A stretch of 64,000 nucleotides of DNA. It comes from a virus. The notes beneath the pieces are model-generated. The model was given only the letters and a program-made list of their open reading frames with translations, made no database searches and was not told where the DNA came from. Below are positions 55,161 to 64,000 of this stretch, piece by piece. The position numbers and the translations under genes were made by a program. Every line of letters begins with the position of its first letter. The first letter of the stretch is position 1. Location: the IMG/VR virus record IMGVR_UViG_3300048599_000546, positions 2,147 through 66,146 of that record. One strand, 5' to 3'.

Positions 55161-55544
55161 GTGGTCGATCCGGAGCTGGAAGCCGAGTTCGGTCGAGTCC
55201 TCGGCAAGTGGCAGTCGCTCGGACACACGCTCGCCGAACTGGCCGAGCGGCTCGCCATCGAGACGATCGTCGACGTGCTGCCCGGTGCCTCGGCGGTCGA
55301 GGTCCACGGCGAGTTCAACGAGGACTGGCTCCGTACCCTGCGCGTTCGCCGCGTGCTCTCCGCCGACGGCACCGTCCTGTCCGACGTCGAGCAAGGTCAC
55401 GAAGACCGTCGGGTCGAAGCGGCGATCGACAACGTGAACACCGAGTACCTCGACCTCCTGCTCGATCCCACAGGCGACTCCTATATGGGCGAATCACTGC
55501 TCGAGTCGAGCATGTCGAGAACTTTTCGCCATCCAGCACCGTAG
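55161..55544 (+). CDS. Hypothetical acidic protein
   Basis: SD AAAGGAG before GTG; 127 aa. Confidence 0.65.
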   Translation: MVDPELEAEFGRVLGKWQSLGHTLAELAERLAIETIVDVLPGASAVEVHGEFNEDWLRTLRVRRVLSADGTVLSDVEQGHEDRRVEAAIDNVNTEYLDLLLDPTGDSYMGESLLESSMSRTFRHPAP

Positions 55545-55608
55545 GACTTGACTGCGCTCGTCGGACCCTCCCGCCAAGCGCCCTACAGCGTTCCCGGCGG
55601 ATGGTCCA

Positions 55609-56847
55609 TCACACCGGCTCTTCCGTGCGGAGGTACTTCTCGACGAACAGTCGCAATACAGAGGCACTGGTGTAGGCGGCGTACCTCTGGAACTCGTCCG
55701 ACTTCTCGGAGTCAGCGTAGTCGCTCACCGACTTGACTGAGACCGCGTTTGGCCTTGGCTGCTGCGCCTCCTGCACGGCTGCGAAGACGCCGTAGGTCTC
55801 CATCTCGATGCCGACGAGCTTCCTATGCTGACTCCTTGCATCCCGCAGGTAGTCCGCGGCCCCCACGACCGAGGAGCCTGACGCAACTGGACCCACGTGC
55901 ATCGCAAGCGCGTTCGCCGGAGTTGCACCTCCGAATCCACGGCGGATGTCGTCAAGCATCTCGCTGTCCGCTGACAGAGCGGCCAGACGCTCACGGAGCC
56001 ACGGATCCAGGGCCAGGTGATCTGGTGCTGCGAGGAACTCAGAGGCTTCTTCATTCTCCTTCGGCGCACGTTTGCCGCTCTCGTAGTTCCAAGTCGGGTC
56101 GGCGACAACCACGTCGCCCATACCAAGGTCTCGGTCTACCGCGGCGAGGATGCCGCACATCGCAACGAATCGCGGGCGGAAATGGACGCACATCTTCGAG
56201 GTCAGGACAGCAGAGGCCACCATGCCCATTCGCGCACAGCATGCGGCGACGACGCTCAGGTGGCCACCGCCGGCAGCGTCTGCCCGCCCTCGGTAGTAGA
56301 GAGTCCCATCGCCGAGAACCTCGAGTTCCTCCCAACCCCACGGAAGGTCCAAGACCGCCGACAGCTCCGGAGAACGGACTGCGGTCACTACGCAGATGTC
56401 CGCGCGAAGGGGACGAGTGGACGTGGACAGCGCGATGACGCCGTTCAGGTGGTCGATTAGACGTCCCAGACGGTCCCGCCAGACGGCGGACGCCTCCTCG
56501 TACCGAAGAACAAGAAGTACCTCGTCGGCGAGCTCCCCACCGGACTCGTCCACAACATCATCGAAAGCGCTCAAGGCCATGAACTGCAGAGGCACGGCGT
56601 ATCCGCCTCGCGTCCGGACTTCCCTAACCAGCTCGAGGCCGCCGAGTCTCTGGGGAAGCTCACCAGATCGAAACGGCAACACCAAGTCCACTATGGCAAG
56701 GTCGTAGCGATCCGATCGCATGGCTATCCGAGCACTGCGGCCGTCAGCTGCTACATCGATATCAGCCTGGACCACGCCCTTGGACTTGAGAACTTCAAGT
56801 ATGTTCGCAGCCTTTGCGGCATCGTCCTCGACGACAAGGACTTTCAC
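55609..56847 (-). CDS. dtcC: Detocs effector: receiver domain + PNP/MTA-SAH nucleosidase domain
   Basis: MKVLVVEDD...IVDLVLP receiver; MGMVASA, MCGILAA, GDVVVAD, GPVASG, IEMETYG, KSVSDYAD nucleosidase motifs. Confidence 0.88.
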   Translation of the reverse strand: MKVLVVEDDAAKAANILEVLKSKGVVQADIDVAADGRSARIAMRSDRYDLAIVDLVLPFRSGELPQRLGGLELVREVRTRGGYAVPLQFMALSAFDDVVDESGGELADEVLLVLRYEEASAVWRDRLGRLIDHLNGVIALSTSTRPLRADICVVTAVRSPELSAVLDLPWGWEELEVLGDGTLYYRGRADAAGGGHLSVVAACCARMGMVASAVLTSKMCVHFRPRFVAMCGILAAVDRDLGMGDVVVADPTWNYESGKRAPKENEEASEFLAAPDHLALDPWLRERLAALSADSEMLDDIRRGFGGATPANALAMHVGPVASGSSVVGAADYLRDARSQHRKLVGIEMETYGVFAAVQEAQQPRPNAVSVKSVSDYADSEKSDEFQRYAAYTSASVLRLFVEKYLRTEEPV

Positions 56848-57323
56848 AATTCGGCCCCCGGCCCGTTCTCGCTCTGAACACTCTCGAGAAATCTGGTTAG
56901 TTCTAGGCGCCAGCGAGAGAGAGAAGCGTGATAGTAGACGGTCCCGAGATACTGCGGGCGAAACTCCGCCGCGAGCTGCCTATCCAGCTCATCAATATCC
57001 ATCTGACCTTCACCAGCGAGGAAGAGCTCAAACTGAGTGACCACCACGACTGGTGTGGCCAACTCAAGCCGAGTCATATAGCGAAGTAGCTTGACTCCCC
57101 CAAAGCTATGCACGGATCCACCGCCTGGCTCCTCTGCGGTGGCGTCATAGTTGGGCAATGTCATGTCGAGCACCACCAAGTCGAAGGTGTTGTTCTGAAG
57201 CTCCTTACGCCCACCGTGCAGCGACCGCGCGAGCGTCACGCCAGTCACCTGTTCGTGTGCGGTGACAAGAGCTTCAATCTCGCGGCTCTTGTTGTCGTCA
57301 TCTTCTATCACGAGCACCTTCAT
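56844..57323 (-). CDS. dtcB: Detocs stand-alone receiver protein
   Basis: MKVLVIEDD...VVLDMTLP...VVTQF; overlaps both neighbours by 4 nt. Confidence 0.88.
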   Translation of the reverse strand: MKVLVIEDDDNKSREIEALVTAHEQVTGVTLARSLHGGRKELQNNTFDLVVLDMTLPNYDATAEEPGGGSVHSFGGVKLLRYMTRLELATPVVVVTQFELFLAGEGQMDIDELDRQLAAEFRPQYLGTVYYHASLSRWRLELTRFLESVQSENGPGAEL

Positions 57324-60300
57324 ACGAAGCGGCCCCTAATGGGCACCGTGGTCCAGAACCTGTCCGCCTCGAGACCAAACTGGATTCTCGAGCTCTCGTC
57401 GAGCGAGCTCGCGATGCGCTGCAGTTTGATCAATCCGCTGCCACCTTCCTTCGCCACAGATTCGACGTAGGACCCTGACTCGATCCTGTTACGAATGTCG
57501 CGGATCTTCCGCATCCGGCCTTCATCGACATCACCGATGACGCTGTTCTCGACGCGAAGGATGTAGGTGTCCTCGACTTGGTTGATTGTTACCTGGATCT
57601 CTGGTGACTTCGAGCCCGAGTGAACCCTCGCATTCTCGAAGAGAATGACGAATATGTCAGTGAAGACGACTAGTGGATCGAGAATCGGGGTTACCTCGCC
57701 GATCTCGGTACTGAGAACCGGGTGATAGTCGACGTGAAGCACCTTTACACACTGAAGACCGATATGGATGAGCTCCTCCATTTCGAACGTGTGGTACTCC
57801 TCAATTTGGGGCAGCTGGAACCAGTCCTTGACAACGTCGAGTGCTTGCTGCACATCCACCCTGGCAGTTGCGAGTGCACCACGGAGAGCCGGCTGGATCG
57901 AAACATCTGCTAGTCCGGCCAAGTCCAGCTCGAAAGCACTGATCGGCTCGAGGAGGGCCGGCTTCACCGACCTCTCAATCTCTGACCGAACGTGGGAGAG
58001 CCGGGCCTTCAGCTCAGTAAAGAACTGAGATATGAGCAGTTCAACAAAGTCCTCGAAGCTCGTATCACTACCGATAGAGGCCAGCAGCTCGATTACGTGG
58101 ATCTGGCGGACGGCGATGTCGAACCAGCCTCCGGGCTTCTCGCCTGTCCGTACTTGCACGTAATCCTTGGCCACCCGATCAACGACTTGATCGTAGGCAG
58201 CGGACAATTCGTTCATTCGGAGCCTGAGCCGATCGCGGCCCTCCGCACTACTCGTGCTGCTGCCGCTCGACGAGAGCGAATCCAGCCAGGTGGAGTTCGG
58301 CTCGTAGGTGACACCATCCGCGCTCACTTGGGTGATCAGGCGCTGCCGTTCCATTGGAGTGCGGAGTTGGCCCGATAGTGCGCCGTGACGAATCCTCATG
58401 CTCAGATAGCAATCGAGTCCATGCTCCTTGTTGGACGTGAGCTCGCCGAACGCAGTGGCCATCATCTGTACCAGCAGCGCTGAAGACTCGTCCTTGGGGA
58501 TCTCGGGCAACGCGCTCGATGCCGGACCCGACCTCAAGCTCCGGAGCGCCTCGATGAGGTTGTCGCGCGATTCATTGATCGGCATGTGAGGCAACGACAT
58601 ATACCGGACGAAGTCATCGCGCAACTCACGCTCGAGGATCTTCCGGATACGCACCACATCGACGTAGATCTTGCTCTGCTCGACCTGTCTCATTCCTCGT
58701 CGAATGGCCTGAGCCCGCGTTATGTCCTTCGCCTCGGCTTCGTAGGCATCAGCGTTGGCGGAATCAATCGAGATCAAGATTGAGAGTACTCGGACTCGCT
58801 CCTCCTCCAGGTCCTGCGTGCTCTCAAAGACAGTGAAGGATTCCATCACCTCAGGAACTGCGAGGTACCTGAGGTAGTAGGTCAAGAGATCCTTGTCGTC
58901 GCTACTGACTTCATTTGCCAGTTCGTGAGGAGTCGCGACACCCCGGGCCGCCAGAGCATCCTCACTCGCGAAGGTACGATCTTCCTCTAGGTCCTGCGAG
59001 CAATACTTGAAGTAGAGGTCGAAGACGATTGGCAGTGCCAAGTCACCGGCTAGTCGACGAGTTGTTGGACGGTCGATTAGAGCAACCGTCTCCACAATCG
59101 GCAGGATCCCGACGTTTCGTCTGATGACAGCATGGTGCGCCAGCAGCCGAACGAGTTCATCAGCCTCACCCCGCTCGAGTAGCGCGGTGCACCAGAATCG
59201 CAAGGCGACGCGCGACCGCGCTCGTTCGACTCCGGTGGGCGGCTCGGCGAAGAGCTCGACCGGCTGCGCCTCGCTGGCTCCTGTCAGTATGTCCGCTAAC
59301 TCAGCACGCAGATTGTCGAGGCCGTCCGACGCCTGTTCCGAATGAGGCACGCCGAGTTCAAGAAGCGCAGCTCGAACCAGCCCCGGCTGATGCGAGGTTC
59401 GAAGCGCGCCGATCAGCGCGTCGAGCTGATCGAGAGATCCACAGCCAAGAAGATGAGTAGGCCAAACTCGGCGAGAATGCATCGCTGCGCCGGCTCTACA
59501 CTCCCGCAACTGGGAGGTAGTGGAGGCGTACTGCTCGTCGAGCGCGTACTTCAGCGCCCGTCCTAGCTGCAGACCGCGGAGGTTTGCTGCAAGCCGCTGT
59601 GATCCGGCGACCTCGTCACTGAGATCAGGAAAGTCAGCAAGACTCTTCAGGGCGGCGATCGCCTGGGTGGCGAATGCGCCAAGACTTGACGTTGTGCTGG
59701 AGGCGAGCTCACCGAGTGCGAGGTCCTCGCTGACGAGCCTCCACGCTTCAATGTCGTCGAGGTGGCCACTGGCAGAAGGGCGGCCCGTATCCTGTGACTC
59801 CTCCCACGCACCCTCTAGCCACTCAGCGCCGGCACCCAGAACAAAGAGCGAGCGGCGCAGTCGTGGGTCTTCCAAGAACCGGTCGACCGACTCAAGGCAC
59901 TGAGCGATGGCCTCCCTTAGCTCGAAAGGGCAGGGTTGTAGCGCTGCGCGCTGCGCCAACGCAACGAAGGCCTCGTAGTAGTCCAGAATGGACACCTGAC
60001 TCTCAGCGTTGAGGATAGTGCTGTACGACATCGACCCTACGCTCACCTCGTGGAGCAGTTTGTACCGCAGATAGGTCTCGCCATCGTCCTTGCGTGCCGC
60101 GAGCGCCCGATTGAGCATCGCCTCGAAGCGAAACAGTGGCATCTGCTCCTCGTTGCGCTGGGATGTGTAGTGCGTCACAACGGCCACCACAGGGTTCGCC
60201 GACTCGATGATCTCGTTCGCGTATGCCTTCTGAGCGTGAAGACCCTCATGGTGTTGAAGCAGGGCTAGTCGCACCTCAATTGACCACAGCGAGTGCCCGC

Positions 60301-60709
60301 AGCACCGATCTAGACTTTCGAGCCATTCCAGAGCCCCTTGGAAGTCTCCAGATAGGACTGCATCTTCGATGTTTCGGATGTGGCGGATGGCTTCGTTTAG
60401 CTCATTCGCATATATCGCAAACGACTCCGCCGCCCAGATCAGCTCGCGGTCAAGGCTTGTCGGATCAAACGAGAAGCGCGGTGCAATGTTCCGTATCTCG
60501 GAGGGGCTCCATCCCGTGGTTAAGTCGATGCCGCGCGGACGAGACTTTCGAACCCATCGAAGCATCTGGCCGAACTGCCTGGGGCTTCCAGATCGCCGAA
60601 ACTCAGCAAGGGCAGCCGCCGGGTTCGCAGCTCCGCGTATCCGGTTCTGGGCGGCGACGAAAGAGTTGGGCCCTGAGGCCTTACGCGCCTTCCGCGCCTT
60701 CGATGCCAT
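57320..60709 (-). CDS. dtcA: Detocs sensor: large helical protein with C-terminal histidine-kinase-like ATPase
   Basis: SMRIRHG candidate phospho-His, LFENARVHSG N-box, EGGSGL G-box; no TM; about 1130 aa. Confidence 0.85.
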   Translation of the reverse strand: MASKARKARKASGPNSFVAAQNRIRGAANPAAALAEFRRSGSPRQFGQMLRWVRKSRPRGIDLTTGWSPSEIRNIAPRFSFDPTSLDRELIWAAESFAIYANELNEAIRHIRNIEDAVLSGDFQGALEWLESLDRCCGHSLWSIEVRLALLQHHEGLHAQKAYANEIIESANPVVAVVTHYTSQRNEEQMPLFRFEAMLNRALAARKDDGETYLRYKLLHEVSVGSMSYSTILNAESQVSILDYYEAFVALAQRAALQPCPFELREAIAQCLESVDRFLEDPRLRRSLFVLGAGAEWLEGAWEESQDTGRPSASGHLDDIEAWRLVSEDLALGELASSTTSSLGAFATQAIAALKSLADFPDLSDEVAGSQRLAANLRGLQLGRALKYALDEQYASTTSQLRECRAGAAMHSRRVWPTHLLGCGSLDQLDALIGALRTSHQPGLVRAALLELGVPHSEQASDGLDNLRAELADILTGASEAQPVELFAEPPTGVERARSRVALRFWCTALLERGEADELVRLLAHHAVIRRNVGILPIVETVALIDRPTTRRLAGDLALPIVFDLYFKYCSQDLEEDRTFASEDALAARGVATPHELANEVSSDDKDLLTYYLRYLAVPEVMESFTVFESTQDLEEERVRVLSILISIDSANADAYEAEAKDITRAQAIRRGMRQVEQSKIYVDVVRIRKILERELRDDFVRYMSLPHMPINESRDNLIEALRSLRSGPASSALPEIPKDESSALLVQMMATAFGELTSNKEHGLDCYLSMRIRHGALSGQLRTPMERQRLITQVSADGVTYEPNSTWLDSLSSSGSSTSSAEGRDRLRLRMNELSAAYDQVVDRVAKDYVQVRTGEKPGGWFDIAVRQIHVIELLASIGSDTSFEDFVELLISQFFTELKARLSHVRSEIERSVKPALLEPISAFELDLAGLADVSIQPALRGALATARVDVQQALDVVKDWFQLPQIEEYHTFEMEELIHIGLQCVKVLHVDYHPVLSTEIGEVTPILDPLVVFTDIFVILFENARVHSGSKSPEIQVTINQVEDTYILRVENSVIGDVDEGRMRKIRDIRNRIESGSYVESVAKEGGSGLIKLQRIASSLDESSRIQFGLEADRFWTTVPIRGRFV

Positions 60710-60955
60710 GGTGACTCCCGTCCTGGACCTTCCGCCCTCGGACCGGAACGATACCTGCAGAATTTGCTTGGGCATCGATAGTCCAAGCCGACCAACCGGA
60801 GCGGTCTACCGCAGGGGTCGAACTCCCACAGCGGGCAGAGACGGCGTCCTGCCGAATCGCCCGCCGCTGGCACGGACGAGACTCGTTCATGGCCCGCTCG
60901 TTGAGCGGAGGCCGGCCGAACCTGTCGGGAGAGGCATAGGGCCGACGACGCTCGC

Positions 60956-61020
60956 GTCTCACGGTTTGTCTCACGAATCTCTGGACGAGCACGGAGATCG
61001 GGGGTTGAATCACGTGAGAC
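60956..61020. promoter_or_regulatory. Putative arm-type sites of second integrase (right)
   Basis: GTCTCACGG (60956), GTCTCACGAATC (60968) and inverted CGTGAGAC (61013). Confidence 0.7.
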
Positions 61021-61082
61021 GTCAGCGCAGATTCCCGGACAGGGCGGGCCGCGACGGACCTGGGTGGACACTCGAGCCACGA

Positions 61083-61126
61083 CTTGTAAACAGCAGGTCA
61101 GGATATCGATTCTCCTCTCGGGCTCC
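61083..61126 (+). repeat. Distal att site of second element (decayed tRNA-Thr 3' half)
   Basis: CTTGTAAACAGCAGGTCAGGAtaTCGATTCTCCTCTCGGGCTCC; two substitutions damage the T-arm. Confidence 0.9.
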
Positions 61127-61173
61127 GGCTCAGAACTGCGACGCCGGCTCTCGGAGCTGTGCGGTCGCGACGA

Positions 61174-61944
61174 TCAGCTCTCGGTCGCGACGTGCTCGAG
61201 CAAGCGAACAAGCCGCTCGCGTTCAGCCGCGCTGAGCTCCGGCCATTCACCCAGGCGCTCCTGGACGTAACGCACGTCGGCCGGCAGCGCTTCGCTCGCT
61301 CCGCCCATACCCGTGAAGTACGTCGCGATCGACCCGGTGATCATGCCGAGTGTGCCGATGCCGGCGACCATCAGGATCGTCGCGATTACCCGCCCTCCGG
61401 TGTCCTCGGGTGAGATGTCGCCGTACCCCACGGTCGTGGTCGTCACGAGCGCCCACCACACCCCGTCACCGAAGGTTGCGATCCGCTCCTCGATCGCCCA
61501 CGCCGCGGCGCCGCCCAGCAGGATCAGCGCGAGCACGAACCCCAGCACGTACTGCAGCCCGTTCTGACGGAGCACGCCACGCACCGGGTCACCCACACGC
61601 TCGAACAAGCGGAACGCTCGGAACAGGCGAACGAGGCGCAACAACCGGATCGTCCGGAACGGACGGAACACCTCGAACGGGATCAGCGCAACGAGATCCG
61701 GCCAGTTCCGGCCTGGGAACGCACGTCGATCCGACGCCGCAGCGAATCGCACCCCGACGTCGACGAGGAACACTGCCCAGATCACCCAGTTGACGGCCGA
61801 CGCCCACATCGAGTCAGAGAAGAGCGTCGCGACGGTGATCACCGCGAGCGTCCCCATGAAGAGCTCGTACGCGATCTGCCATCGACTGGGTACGCCCTCG
61901 CTCAGGTCGGCGCGGTCGTGCAGTGCATGGGATGAGTTCTGCAT
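61174..61944 (-). CDS. Voltage-gated-type potassium channel
   Basis: S4-like FRPFRTIRLLRLVRLFR; selectivity filter TTTTVGYGD. Confidence 0.9.
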   Translation of the reverse strand: MQNSSHALHDRADLSEGVPSRWQIAYELFMGTLAVITVATLFSDSMWASAVNWVIWAVFLVDVGVRFAAASDRRAFPGRNWPDLVALIPFEVFRPFRTIRLLRLVRLFRAFRLFERVGDPVRGVLRQNGLQYVLGFVLALILLGGAAAWAIEERIATFGDGVWWALVTTTTVGYGDISPEDTGGRVIATILMVAGIGTLGMITGSIATYFTGMGGASEALPADVRYVQERLGEWPELSAAERERLVRLLEHVATES

Positions 61945-62006
61945 CTCGCCCCTTCCTCGGTGAGACGGCAGCTGTCGGACAGTCGGGGGTCCGGTCCGTC
62001 GAGTGT

Positions 62007-62240
62007 CTAGGTGTCGTGCCCTTCGATCGGACGTTTGAAGAAGCACAGATACGCATAGCCCTTCACGTTGCCGGTGAAGGTCCCTGTCATGGGCACCGAC
62101 TCGTAGCTCACCATCTCCCACCCGTGTTGTCCTGCCGAGTTGAGGTACGTCGTGAACTTCTTCACCTCTTCGGCCTGACGTTTGGCGCTCCACCGATCCG
62201 ACATGTTGAGCGTGTCGACGTGGTACTCCCATTTCTGCAT
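62007..62240 (-). CDS. DUF4177-like small protein
   Basis: MQKWEYHV...LNSAGQHGWEMVS...FFKRP; SD GGAGG. Confidence 0.75.
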   Translation of the reverse strand: MQKWEYHVDTLNMSDRWSAKRQAEEVKKFTTYLNSAGQHGWEMVSYESVPMTGTFTGNVKGYAYLCFFKRPIEGHDT

Positions 62241-62418
62241 CGTCGTACCTCCCTCTCGGCTTCGACCATAGAGCGGTGGGCCCGCTTCGCGACTGACAGA
62301 GAGGTTGGCACGGGGCGCCACGCCCCCCGCCCGGTGGATGCGCACCGGACGAGGCATCGTCGGTAGGTTCGATGGTTCGGAGCTCGGTTGGGTGCTTCGG
62401 CGGCGAGGGAGGCTGCGA

Positions 62419-62880
62419 ATGCGATGGAAGGTTGCGCTCGTTGGCGCGGCATTGGTCATGGTGAGCTGCGGAACCGAGTCGGAGGCATCGCTGAGATCTC
62501 CAGCACGCGAGCAGTCGGAGGTCTCCACATCGGCAGCACCAACTAGCACCGCGGTCGCTCCCGAGACCACAGCGCCGACGACCTCCCCACCGGCCACGGT
62601 TCCCACGACGACCGTTCCGGCGACGACGGCACCTCCGGTGACGGCGCCTCCCGCACTGATGCCCGACGTGGTCGGCATGAACCTGCAAGAGGCCCAGGAC
62701 ACGATTCAGCTCACCGGCGTGTTCTTCTCGCGCAGCTTCGACGCCACCGGTGAAGGACGTAGCCAGCTCGTCGATTCGAACTGGCACGTCGTCTGTCAGT
62801 CGCCGCCGCCCGGAACTCCGATCGCCGAAGGCGACGCCAACCTCGGTGCAGTGAAGTACGGAGAGTTCGGCGTCTGCTGA
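62419..62880 (+). CDS. PASTA-domain lipoprotein
   Basis: MVSC lipobox, Thr/Pro linker, MPDVVGMNLQEAQD...VCQSPPPG. Confidence 0.8.
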   Translation: MRWKVALVGAALVMVSCGTESEASLRSPAREQSEVSTSAAPTSTAVAPETTAPTTSPPATVPTTTVPATTAPPVTAPPALMPDVVGMNLQEAQDTIQLTGVFFSRSFDATGEGRSQLVDSNWHVVCQSPPPGTPIAEGDANLGAVKYGEFGVC

Positions 62881-63002
62881 CCCGGCTTCCACATCACGGC
62901 CAGTTCCCACCACGCGACACGGGGCGCCCCGCCGGCCACGAATGGTCAGAGAGGCGCCCCGGTCGGGGTACACAAGAGAACTGCGGCGAGCGCCGCGCGG
63001 GT

Positions 63003-63884
63003 TCAGTCGATCGTGCCGATCACGCTCGGCTGGCCGTGCTTGGCCCAGCACTGCGCCTCGAACTGGGTCGATGCCTGCGAGGTCCACGAGTCGAACGGGA
63101 TCGGCGCCGGCGGGTTGATCTGCGTGCCGTTGCCGTTCGATCCGCTCGTGCAGATCCAGTGCGGCCCGGGCGGGGTCACGCTGTCGATGAACAGCGCGAC
63201 CTCACCGAAGGTGCCCGGTGGCACCGTCGCCGCGCGGGTGGTCATGCCCGGCAGCTGCGAGCTGTGGTCCTTGCCCTCGATCGCCGCGACCTGGAACGTC
63301 AGCGAGGTGCCCTCGATCGTCGGGCTGGACAGCTCCAGCACGTAGGTCTGCCGAGTGCCGTCCGCGTCACGGGCGATCAGCACGGCGTTCGGGTCCGAGT
63401 CGGCGAACATCTCGGGCCACGCGGTCGGCAGCTGAGCGGTCCCGAAGGTCACGGCGTCGCGCACCGGTCGGTCGGTGAAGCCCGTGGTCTCGGCGCTCGT
63501 GCCGGTCAGGGTCAGGGTGCCGATGTTCGGGTTCAGCTCGTTGGCGCTGAACGTGCCGCCCTCGGCGGTCAGGCTGAACAGCCAGCTCGGCTCACCGGCA
63601 GCCTCTGCCGCGGCGGCGGCCGCCGCCTCTGCGGCTTCGACCTCGGCATCGTCCCGGGACGACTCGCTGCCCGACGGCTCCGTGCTGGCCACCGGCTCAC
63701 CGACGTCCTTCGTCTCGGAGCGATCTGCGACGAACCAGCCGGCTCCCGCGGCCACCACCGCCGTCACGGCCAACGCGGCGATCCACTTCGGGGCGGAGGA
63801 CCGCCCACCGCTGATCGACCTCGCCTCGTTCGGCGCTGCCGAGGGTGTCGGATCGTCGACCGGTTCGTTCGCGGGTGCGCTCAT
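63003..63884 (-). CDS. Membrane-anchored hypothetical protein
   Basis: One TM; WLFSL...FTDRPVR...PNAVL...VALFID extracytoplasmic domain. Confidence 0.7.
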   Translation of the reverse strand: MSAPANEPVDDPTPSAAPNEARSISGGRSSAPKWIAALAVTAVVAAGAGWFVADRSETKDVGEPVASTEPSGSESSRDDAEVEAAEAAAAAAAEAAGEPSWLFSLTAEGGTFSANELNPNIGTLTLTGTSAETTGFTDRPVRDAVTFGTAQLPTAWPEMFADSDPNAVLIARDADGTRQTYVLELSSPTIEGTSLTFQVAAIEGKDHSSQLPGMTTRAATVPPGTFGEVALFIDSVTPPGPHWICTSGSNGNGTQINPPAPIPFDSWTSQASTQFEAQCWAKHGQPSVIGTID

Positions 63885-64000
63885 GGCTGGCTCCTCGTGC
63901 GCAGCCCCACGTGGCCGGCACATGCCAGCCAGCTCCGATGAGGCTGCCTCCTTGTTCAGTCGGCGCAGCCAGGCACAGGTTGAAACATTTCTAACAATCG

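Larger units (their letters stand above)
41962..61126 (+). mobile_element. Integrative mobilisable element / defence island (~19.1 kb)
   Basis: Bounded by tRNA 3' copies; own integrase and MOBF relaxase; no T4SS or coupling protein seen; cargo is visibly more AT-rich and defence-like. Confidence 0.9.

Noticed and set aside
55609-60709. Novel signalling or metabolic two-component system
   Set aside because: The architecture matches the already described Detocs defence system.
61174-63087. 637-aa version of the potassium channel ORF
   Set aside because: The N-terminal ~380 aa overlap the DUF4177-like and PASTA genes; the channel starts near 61944.

Overview
High-GC, actinobacterial-looking DNA (host assignment is inference) dominated by two integrative elements stacked in tandem at one tRNA-Thr(TGT) gene (408-480). 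Copies of the tRNA 3' half at 41958-42005 and 61083-61126 mark their ends. Element 1 (~435-42005, ~41.5 kb) is an apparently complete temperate siphovirus prophage. It encodes a tyrosine integrase, repressor/Cro switch, excisionase, about 25 early genes, a putative initiator with intragenic iterons and a DnaA box, HNH-terS-terL, an Acb2/Tad1-like small protein, portal, a protease-scaffold-capsid fusion, tail genes with a -1 frameshift, a lysis cassette, an esterase-bearing fibre module and a lipoprotein moron. Element 2 (~41962-61126, ~19.1 kb) is an integrative mobilisable defence island. It encodes a related integrase, a MOBF relaxase-helicase, a Lit-like HEXXH peptidase, a large PD-(D/E)xK protein, a CoiA-like nuclease, a SauUSI-like type IV restriction enzyme and a three-gene Detocs-type system. 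The best candidates for undescribed biology are the peptidase + nuclease cargo pair, a 33-bp-period palindrome array inside the relaxase gene, a highly structured ~250-nt non-coding tract in the phage early operon, and the phage origin with a host DnaA box. All family calls come from motif recognition by eye, not database searches.
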